Shown piece after piece: positions 1 to 6,922 of a stretch of DNA of 53,133 nt (position 1 is its first letter; each line of letters opens with the position of its first letter). The position numbers and the translations under genes are program-made. The notes beneath the pieces were generated by a model. It searched no databases. It was not told where the DNA came from and saw nothing but the letters and a program-made list of their open reading frames with translations. This stretch comes from a virus (taxonomy: Duplodnaviria > Caudoviricetes): the IMG/VR virus record IMGVR_UViG_3300032116_000282, positions 1 through 53,133 of that record; one strand, given 5' to 3'.

Positions 1-47
1 TGGTCAGGACAAAAATCATCACCAAGAACCTAACGGTTTTGTAATAC

Positions 48-344
48 TGCCAAAATGGCAGGTCAAAATGGCAGTTACAAACCTGTTAACTGCCAAAATG
101 GCAACATTAGTTGAGCTACTGCCAAAATGGCAATATAAGAGGGAGTGATAGTCTCGGGCTAGCATAAGTCGAGATCATACTGTCAGAATGACAGTGGTGA
201 CTGCCAAAACGGCAGTATAAGAAGGGGTCATAGTGCCAAAACGGCAGTCGAGTTGGACTGCCAAAATGGCATGCCAAAACGGCAGTCTCCTGGGAGGGTG
301 TAGTCAGAGTGACGACACTGTCAGAATGGCATGTCATAATGACA
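48..344. repeat. Array of 12 imperfect 13-bp palindromes, consensus TGYCA-N3-YGRCA
   Basis: Copies start at 48, 61, 91, 120, 181, 202, 234, 259, 272, ~302, 319 and 332, e.g. TGCCAAAATGGCA, TGTCAGAATGACA, TGCCAAAACGGCA; spacing irregular. Confidence 0.92.
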
Positions 345-392
345 GGCCGACCTAGTATTAGGAAACGTGATAGTTTGATATCAAACGACAAA

Positions 393-421
393 AAGGATAG
401 GTGAGATTATCACCTATCCTT
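393..421 (-). terminator. Intrinsic terminator downstream of the ParB-like gene
   Basis: AAGGATAGGTGA-GATTA-TCACCTATCCTT hairpin running into a T-tract on the minus strand, ~50 nt after the stop at 472. Confidence 0.75.
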
Positions 422-471
422 ATAGTTTCAGATTGTGAGAGAATTAGATTCTCTACTTGTTTGATATCAAA

Positions 472-1872
472 CTATTCTGCTTTCGCTTTCGCTTTCGACT
501 GTTTCACAAATCCGATATCGACTCCGCCGAAGCATCGATAGTACGGGCTGACTTCTCCCTTAACCTCCCTATACGTAGTCCATACGCTCGAAGTCATATC
601 TCCCCCAATGTAGTTGGTAACTAGTGCCACCATTGCCGACATTGAAGCGGGGGACGTCTTGGCCCAAAGATATTTCTTCTTGGCTTGTGACTTCTTGTCA
701 TTCTTGATTCGTTCGAATAGATCCGAGAATACCATAGAGAACGGTCCACTGTCCGCTGTAGTTGCTCCGAGTGCTCCGAGGAATCCTTCGACAAGTTCCC
801 AGTCGATTACCAAGGGTTCATCTTGAAGGATTGCGGCTTTCGCTGCGATCTTCCGTTCAGCGTATTCCTCAGGGGTCTCGGAAGGATCTCGGACGATTGA
901 CGCAAGCCGTTCGTTAGTTGCATCCTCTCCGTTGGATGCCAGAACGAGAGCCGTTGCAATGACTGCGGGGGAGAACAATTCCGAAAATTGCCTATCGTAC
1001 TTCCCGGATTGACTTCGTTGCGATTCGAAAACGTAGGTGACGAATCGCGTGACTTCATCCTCTCCACCGAGTCTATCGACCAAGTCGAACCGCTCTTCCT
1101 GGGGGAGTTTGTCGCCAGTGGAACTAACGTCGTTACCCTTCATTCTCTCCGAGATACACCCCGTTAATTTCTTTCGCAAGTCAATCAGAGACTTGTCTCG
1201 GAGTCCCTTCATTACCGCTAACGTATCGTGTTCACCCGATAGCTTGGTTTGAACCGCTTCAACGACTTCCAACGATATGATCGTGTCGTCGGTAGTGTCG
1301 TCGTCGGTCGATTTCCTTGCCCTTGCCTTGTCCGCTAGGTCACGCCATTGCGGGGGCAATCCCAGGTGAATGTAAATCGTTCCGAGTGGTAGCCCGGCGG
1401 CCCGAATAAGCATTAACATTCCGTACCGATGCTGGCCCGAGATGATAGTACCATCCCAACAGTAGGTAATCGGGTCCATTGCAGACAAGCCCCATAAGCC
1501 ACGACTTCGCACGTTGCTATATGTACCGAGTTTGCCGATTGGACCAACACGAGAGGGACTGTAACGCCTATTGTTGGGGTTACGTGTTGCGACAAAGGAT
1601 TCCTTGCCGATGGTAATGAAGGGGAGACTCCCTTCCCCTGCGGCTTCCAAGCCCATAAGAAATTCCAGAACGCCGGGATTGTCCAAGTCTACTTGGTACA
1701 CTTCGGAGAACTCCGAAACGTGTTGATTAAGCGTTGCTATCGCATCGCTAGTGAGTTTGGCGAAACGGTTTGCACTAGATGCCGCAAGTCGGCTTGCTTC
1801 GTTCTGTGGGCCAATGCAATGCTTTGCAAAGGCTGATTGCAATTCGGCTACGGACGACAACTTCTTGACCAT
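472..1872 (-). CDS. ParB/Srx-like (DGQHR-type) N-terminal domain protein
   Basis: Motif series NxxNRR..G-L-W..PI.Y..DG.IISGQHRY..G-L..D..R.R..D resembles phage ParB-like/DGQHR proteins; GGGG upstream of ATG. Confidence 0.65.
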   Translation of the reverse strand: MVKKLSSVAELQSAFAKHCIGPQNEASRLAASSANRFAKLTSDAIATLNQHVSEFSEVYQVDLDNPGVLEFLMGLEAAGEGSLPFITIGKESFVATRNPNNRRYSPSRVGPIGKLGTYSNVRSRGLWGLSAMDPITYCWDGTIISGQHRYGMLMLIRAAGLPLGTIYIHLGLPPQWRDLADKARARKSTDDDTTDDTIISLEVVEAVQTKLSGEHDTLAVMKGLRDKSLIDLRKKLTGCISERMKGNDVSSTGDKLPQEERFDLVDRLGGEDEVTRFVTYVFESQRSQSGKYDRQFSELFSPAVIATALVLASNGEDATNERLASIVRDPSETPEEYAERKIAAKAAILQDEPLVIDWELVEGFLGALGATTADSGPFSMVFSDLFERIKNDKKSQAKKKYLWAKTSPASMSAMVALVTNYIGGDMTSSVWTTYREVKGEVSPYYRCFGGVDIGFVKQSKAKAKAE

Positions 1873-1959
1873 AATAAACCCCCGTAATGGGATAGAGTAA
1901 GCAATTGCGACGGTCTATCGCATTGCCGATAACGTAGTGCGAACTATTCGCACTATCGA

Positions 1960-2002
1960 AAGCCCAGCATGGAATCGAACCATGCTTAAACCGTATGGGC
2001 TT
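1960..2002 (-). ncRNA. tRNA-like minihelix (acceptor stem plus T-arm only)
   Basis: Minus strand AAGCCCA-TACGGTTTAA-GCATGG-TTCGATT-CCATGC-TGGGCTT; canonical GGTTCGATTCC T-loop; no D or anticodon arm and no encoded CCA. Confidence 0.55.
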
Positions 2003-2011
2003 GGTTGGTTG

Positions 2012-2269
2012 TCAGCAGTCTAGGATACCAAGCAAAACGGCTTGTTTTGCTTCCGATAGTTCAGCCCGTAGTTGATTCTGTACGTTAAGCATTCGTGACA
2101 TAGACTCACGCATTTCTATGATTGTCTGTTCTTGTTCCCGAAGTCTCAAAAGTAGAATCTCTTTGTGTCTCTTTTGCTGTTCGACTTCGTCGGCACAAAT
2201 TTGGATCATTTGCCGATAGTTTGCAATTGCTTGCCGATACGTTGCGTCTAGCCGTTCTGAAGATTCCAT
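2012..2269 (-). CDS. Small coiled-coil hypothetical protein (85 aa, from MESSERL)
   Basis: Heptad-rich helical sequence; the upstream extension to 2428 runs through regulatory-looking DNA. Confidence 0.6.
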   Translation of the reverse strand: MESSERLDATYRQAIANYRQMIQICADEVEQQKRHKEILLLRLREQEQTIIEMRESMSRMLNVQNQLRAELSEAKQAVLLGILDC

Positions 2270-2381
2270 TTTGTTTCCCGTTCGTTTGTGTTGCGGTTCG
2301 CGTCGTTGCGTCGTTGCCCCGACACAAACATCATCGGCCCGAGTTTGCAGAAATCTACTGGCAAAGTTATCGGAATTGTCG

Positions 2382-2406
2382 TAAGTCGTTACGTACCAAC
2401 GACTTA
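2382..2406. promoter_or_regulatory. Perfect 9-7-9 inverted repeat TAAGTCGTT-N7-AACGACTTA
   Basis: Read directly; a related site lies at 51682-51706. Confidence 0.55.
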
Positions 2407-2685
2407 AAAAAATAAATTCCTTTCCCATTTTGCTAGTTGGACACTTAGTATTTCAACCACCAAAAGGGGGGTATGGTCTGCAATGGTCGGAATACCGACA
2501 CTAACGACCGATAAGGGAAGTCTAGTTGCCATAAAGAAAATTCGGGCAATTCGACTTTCTATTCTAACGACTTTGTAACCTATACACGTACGCGGAATAT
2601 CGGAGTTGCGTACACACGAGAAAATAGTATGCCAAACTTACGTTACAAACTTGTTAGCTATCCAATTTGTAATGTGGCCCATTCG

Positions 2686-2829
2686 GGTGGGATCGAATTG
2701 ACTACACCCCCAAATAGGTGGGATCGAATTGACTACACCCCCATTCGGGTGTCCTCAAATTGACTACACTGTAGTCAAAGTGATGACACTGTAGTCAAAT
2801 TGACTACACTGTAGTCAAATTGACTACAC
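2686..2829. repeat. Second palindrome array: two 27-bp direct repeats plus four 20-bp tandem units TGTAGTCA-N3-TGACTACAC
   Basis: GGTGGGATCGAATTGACTACACCCCCA at 2686 and 2717; 20-bp units at 2750, 2770, 2790 and 2810. Confidence 0.92.
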
Positions 2830-2931
2830 CGCCCTACATTACAAAATTGTTAGGTAACAAAACCGTTAGGAAAACTCCTAGGCGATCTACTAGGGGGGTG
2901 TCCCAGGGGGGGTGTACGTGTATACATATTT

Positions 2932-3038
2932 CTGGGTTTTTTCTGGGTTTTTTCTCTCACGTATATGTATACGTCTGGGTTTTTCTGGGTTTTTTGTTGG
3001 GGAATCGGTGCACGTATAGAACGATATCTGGGTTTTTT
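2932..3038 (+). repeat. Five phased CTGGGTTTTT repeats next to G-runs (candidate bent packaging or origin site)
   Basis: Copies at 2932, 2943, 2975, 2985 and 3028. Confidence 0.7.
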
Positions 3039-3092
3039 GTGGCAAAGAAAGAGGGATAGTGAGTGTATCGGTTAAGATATACTCAGTATCCC

Positions 3093-3311
3093 TCAGGCCA
3101 GACAAGGATATTCGATACGATATCCTTGGGAAGAATAAGAATCAAGAACGGAGTTCAAGTTATCTCCGGTTACTGTTCGAGGTGGAACTGGAAAGGATGA
3201 ATCAAGATTCTGAATGACAAGTTCAAACAAGTCAATTCCGATTTCGAATACTTCGACGACAACGATCATCGAGGAAGGAACGTACTCGCTGAGAGTTCTG
3301 AGTGCTTGCAT
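3093..3311 (-). CDS. Hypothetical protein
   Basis: 72-aa ORF downstream of the promoter at 3450-3477; AAGG upstream of ATG. Confidence 0.55.
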   Translation of the reverse strand: MQALRTLSEYVPSSMIVVVEVFEIGIDLFELVIQNLDSSFPVPPRTVTGDNLNSVLDSYSSQGYRIEYPCLA

Positions 3312-3398
3312 GATTTACCTTGTGATAGTGAGGATTCGAGTTGCTGAGTTCGACAACGAATAGTAAATTCCATTTAGGGGAATTTAGCTATGAGTTTG

Positions 3399-3739
3399 GT
3401 ATCATCAAAAGATACTAAATCGCGTGGTCGTAGTTTCTTGAGTCAAACCATTATACACAAGGGAGAGAGTAAGGCAAGAATATCACAAAGATTCTAAGAT
3501 GGTATCATATTATGATACTAACCCGCGTTCGGCAACTACTCCCCCTATTTTGGAAAGTCCGGTTTAATATCATATAATGATACCATACCGCCGCGTTATG
3601 GGGAGGGGAGGGAGGGGGTTTATAGGCCCATGAAGGGGGCTAGAATCGCATAAGAAGCGTCGGCGGGTTTAACGGGAATGGAAACCCGCGAGTGTACGAG
3701 AACGATTCTGGAGAGCGGGTTAGTATCACAGGAAGATAC
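3399..3739. promoter_or_regulatory. Cluster of four RTATC-N7-GATAC operator-like palindromes
   Basis: Sites at 3399-3415, 3502-3518, 3567-3583 and 3723-3739. Confidence 0.65.
3450..3477 (-). promoter_or_regulatory. Sigma70-type promoter TTGCCT-N16-TATAAT
   Basis: Same geometry as promoters at 33017 and 52976; flanked by GTATC-N7-GATAC sites at 3399 and 3502. Confidence 0.65.
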
Positions 3740-3801
3740 CACATCGAGTGGTGAGGGAAGAATGTACTCAACTACGAGATACTAATGAGATACTCACCGT
3801 C

Positions 3802-4302
3802 CTACTTTTCACTCAGAGTAGTCTTATCTACGATAATCCTCTCCTCATGCTTTTCCTGGGGAGGATCTGGGAAGGAGAGATAGATGAGGTTCAGTGTGTG
3901 ATTCATGAGGGTACTAGAGAATGGTAGCCCTTGTTGTTGTGCTGAATCTCTGAGCCATGATAGGATTGTTCGTTGGTTACGACGACATCCTTCTACTCCC
4001 CAAGCATCCATGATTGCAGCTCGTTCTTCACAGTTGCAAGTAGGATCTTTAGCTACGAACCATGAGAGGATCGAAGCTAGCTTAGTTCCAGGTCCGGTTC
4101 CCACTTTATGGAGCTTCGGTAGTCCAATGGAGGTTAGCACTCCATCGGCTATAAGCGTGGTCACGTGGTTAATACTTCTGGGTTTTTTACACAGAGAACA
4201 TGCCTTGCAATCTTCCTGGGAGGGGGAGTACTCTGTGTCTGTGAGTAGAGAGATGATGTTGCAGGTTTCATACTCAGTGTAGTATTCACAACGTTCGGTC
4301 AT
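3802..4302 (-). CDS. Cys-motif protein (CxxCxxC and CxC), candidate redox partner
   Basis: CKACSLC and GPGTKL..CNCEER..MD.WG..C motifs; ATGA overlap with the upstream gene. Confidence 0.75.
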   Translation of the reverse strand: MTERCEYYTEYETCNIISLLTDTEYSPSQEDCKACSLCKKPRSINHVTTLIADGVLTSIGLPKLHKVGTGPGTKLASILSWFVAKDPTCNCEERAAIMDAWGVEGCRRNQRTILSWLRDSAQQQGLPFSSTLMNHTLNLIYLSFPDPPQEKHEERIIVDKTTLSEK

Positions 4303-5447
4303 TGACTCTTTCCTCTTGGTCTAGCATTTCTCCATTCTTCCCAGTCGATACCGGTTTTATATTGGTCACTGATCCACTTTCTTCCACGTTCAAGAGTGAC
4401 TAAGTGCCAGTGTACTGGGTGAGCACTATGGAAGAACATTCTCTCTGTGATCCAGTCGAGTTTATAGTTCCTCTCCAAGTCCCAAGGAAGCCAGTAGTCC
4501 CACATGGTTTGTCCGATACCGAACTCCATCTGGGGTAGACTCCTTACGTGTTCTGGGAATAGAAGGAAAGCATCTAGTCCCCAATCTTCTGGTTTGGCTG
4601 TACTGTAATCGTTTTCCCAGTTGTATCGAATACCGGTAGCTATCTCTTTGTTGGCATAGCTTCGTAACAATCGAGCTTGATCTCCATAGATAGCAATATC
4701 TGAATTGATCAGAAGGATTGGATTGTCTATCTTTAGGCTTATGTCCATAAGACTATTGATACGTTGGGTTGGGAACTCATACATTGTAGTAACGTTGGGA
4801 CATTCTACCCAGGTATCAACTTGAGGATACATAGAAGTAAGTCGTTCAATTTCCTCAGCCGTATTAACAGCAATGATTCTCAATCCGAAATACTTCCAAG
4901 AGTTAAGGCATCTTTCTTGTACGTCGAGATGCTTTGGAAGTAGAGAAAGAGAAGTGACTGCTGGAAAAGGTAGGCGAGGTTGTTGAAGTTTTCCCCAAGT
5001 AATGTCAGGACGATAGAGGAGTTTTGCTTCCTCTAATGTGAAGGTTGGTTTACCAAGTTTGATGTTGACTTCATTGTGGATCATCACACCCCATTCAAAG
5101 AATGCTTCTGGGGAGGAGAAGTCTGGTGGATGGATTGTGATAATTGCTTTAAAATCCTCTTGACAAGAACATTGAGCTGGGATAAAGTATTGCCACATCT
5201 CGAAGAATACTGGATCACACCCACGGTATCGGTGTAGAAATAACCATGCTCTCCGTCCTTGATATGCTGTTGTTGCAGCAGTATCCTGGGAGAGTCTTGG
5301 TGTTTCCTGTACCAGCCGTCTTTGTTCGGCAGTACGTGGTTGTGGGACTTTCAAGAGTTCTCTTGTTGGAGAATCTTGTGCATCTGATCTTATGAAAACA
5401 GCTCCACCAAACGGATTGATAATTGTACGTTGTGTTGGTCTGGTCAT
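4299..5447 (-). CDS. Erv1/ALR-family FAD-linked sulfhydryl oxidase domain fused to a putative GT-A glycosyltransferase-like domain
   Basis: aa 64-145: GRRAWLFLH ... IPAQCSCQEDF ... W-x4-HNEVNIKLGKP, matching Erv GxxxWxxLH / Cys pair / HNxVNxxLGKP; C-terminal ILLINSDI, GLDAF and WDYWLP motifs. Confidence 0.8.
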   Translation of the reverse strand: MTRPTQRTIINPFGGAVFIRSDAQDSPTRELLKVPQPRTAEQRRLVQETPRLSQDTAATTAYQGRRAWLFLHRYRGCDPVFFEMWQYFIPAQCSCQEDFKAIITIHPPDFSSPEAFFEWGVMIHNEVNIKLGKPTFTLEEAKLLYRPDITWGKLQQPRLPFPAVTSLSLLPKHLDVQERCLNSWKYFGLRIIAVNTAEEIERLTSMYPQVDTWVECPNVTTMYEFPTQRINSLMDISLKIDNPILLINSDIAIYGDQARLLRSYANKEIATGIRYNWENDYSTAKPEDWGLDAFLLFPEHVRSLPQMEFGIGQTMWDYWLPWDLERNYKLDWITERMFFHSAHPVHWHLVTLERGRKWISDQYKTGIDWEEWRNARPRGKSQ

Positions 5448-6916
5448 TATGGTTTGGTTAGATTAGCAGCCAAGAAGGTGACGTTGAATGTAGCTGTAGC
5501 AGCAGGCATTATGTGATGTCCGGACAATGTAACTGTAATAAGACTGATTGGGAAACAAACTGATTGTGGACTATCAGTACCTTGATCTACATTGATGGTA
5601 GCTGTAGAATCATATCCCAATATACCCCAATACTTAGGATTACATACTTGACACTCAGGTGTACCGCAAGTAGTTATCCAACAGCATGTGCTATTATAAC
5701 ACATATATGGAACACTTGGAGGGACTCCTGCCATACCACATCGTTTAGTTTCAGATGGTTGACCGGTTAAGTAGAAAGGTGTAGTAAAATCTTCTGGGCA
5801 AGCTAGACCACTTATATTACTACATGACACACAACCATTAGATCCTATTAACAAAAGAGTAATACAAGTAGGATATGTCGGTGCTTCACCGATCCATGTT
5901 CTATCACAATTAAATGTTTGGGTTCTATCAGCACACTGAAGTTCACCACATCGTACACAAGCTACTCCATCTTCGCATGTTCCACCAGGACCACAGACGA
6001 ATCCACACTTCCCTGCACAATTGAAGTTCAATACAGTTGCTGTCCAAGTACATGTCTCTATTTCTTCTGGGATAATTTGAATACACTTACTGGTAAAGCA
6101 GATTTCATCCAAGTAGCCATAGATCCAACAACTGGGTACACATCCTCCAGCTCCGGTACAATTAGGTTTACCGTCAATTGTATGTGATGTTAGAGTTGGT
6201 TCATCATCATAAAGATTTAGACGACAGAAGTAATACTTTCTTGACCCTCCATCTAATCCTTCCAGGAGACTTGCAAACCCCCAGGGAGGGCAGTCCCCAT
6301 CACCACAAGTATCACAGTCATTATCTGAAAATGAAGTATCGTCTGGACAATCGATACAATCACTACATGTGAAGTCAACAGTGTAAACATAATTCTGGTA
6401 GATCATTTGATATGGTTCTACCTCGACTTCATACACCGACATTAGATACCATTTACATACTGGTGTCCCATCACAGATGAATTCACCTTTACCATAGAAG
6501 ATGACTAGATTGCCAGTTTTATATCGAATTTCCATTCGAGATCGGTACTCAGCATACCATCGACTATAGCAATTCTTTAGTATCTCTGTCGGAGGATCTG
6601 GAATACAGCATTCTTGCTCTGTGACTGGACAACTAACTGTTCCGGTTGTGAAAGTTCCACTTGGAGCTTTGACCCAATGTTCATCTGTATCGTGTATTGC
6701 TTCGTAAGATAGATTCTGGGTCCAAGCACTACAGTAAGTGTTCCAAACTCCGGCTCCACCTTGTGTGAATTCTTTACTGAAGCAACAACCACCTACAGTA
6801 CCGTTCCATCCATCAGCAACTGGTGTCCATCCTGTTACAGAAATCTTAGGTGGAACTATACCTTCTGCCGGGCAACAAGCATCTACACAGCAATTAAAGA
6901 GGCTCCAACAGGTCAT
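5447..6916 (-). CDS. Cysteine-rich (~47 Cys) putative tail-tip or receptor-binding protein
   Basis: 489 aa, ~10% Cys, no signal peptide, at the distal end of the tail module. Confidence 0.7.
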   Translation of the reverse strand: MTCWSLFNCCVDACCPAEGIVPPKISVTGWTPVADGWNGTVGGCCFSKEFTQGGAGVWNTYCSAWTQNLSYEAIHDTDEHWVKAPSGTFTTGTVSCPVTEQECCIPDPPTEILKNCYSRWYAEYRSRMEIRYKTGNLVIFYGKGEFICDGTPVCKWYLMSVYEVEVEPYQMIYQNYVYTVDFTCSDCIDCPDDTSFSDNDCDTCGDGDCPPWGFASLLEGLDGGSRKYYFCRLNLYDDEPTLTSHTIDGKPNCTGAGGCVPSCWIYGYLDEICFTSKCIQIIPEEIETCTWTATVLNFNCAGKCGFVCGPGGTCEDGVACVRCGELQCADRTQTFNCDRTWIGEAPTYPTCITLLLIGSNGCVSCSNISGLACPEDFTTPFYLTGQPSETKRCGMAGVPPSVPYMCYNSTCCWITTCGTPECQVCNPKYWGILGYDSTATINVDQGTDSPQSVCFPISLITVTLSGHHIMPAATATFNVTFLAANLTKP

Positions 6917-6922
6917 AATAAA

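Noticed and set aside
48-344. CRISPR array
   Set aside because: Repeats are only 13 bp, spacers range from 0 to ~48 bp, and no cas operon is present; the PD-(D/E)XK gene sits in a recombination module
116-391. 91-aa ORF
   Set aside because: Translation of the palindrome array downstream of a terminator; repetitive CHF/CHS content
1960-2002. Functional tRNA gene
   Set aside because: Only 43 nt, with no D arm or anticodon arm; kept as a tRNA-like element
2270-2428. N-terminal extension of ORF 2012..2428
   Set aside because: Runs through a palindromic site and promoter-like DNA; the coiled-coil sequence begins at Met54
2686-2829. CRISPR or mini-array
   Set aside because: Units are directly tandem or separated by 4-6 bp, with no unique spacers
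5447-6916. Diversity-generating retroelement target
   Set aside because: No reverse transcriptase and no template/variable repeat pair seen
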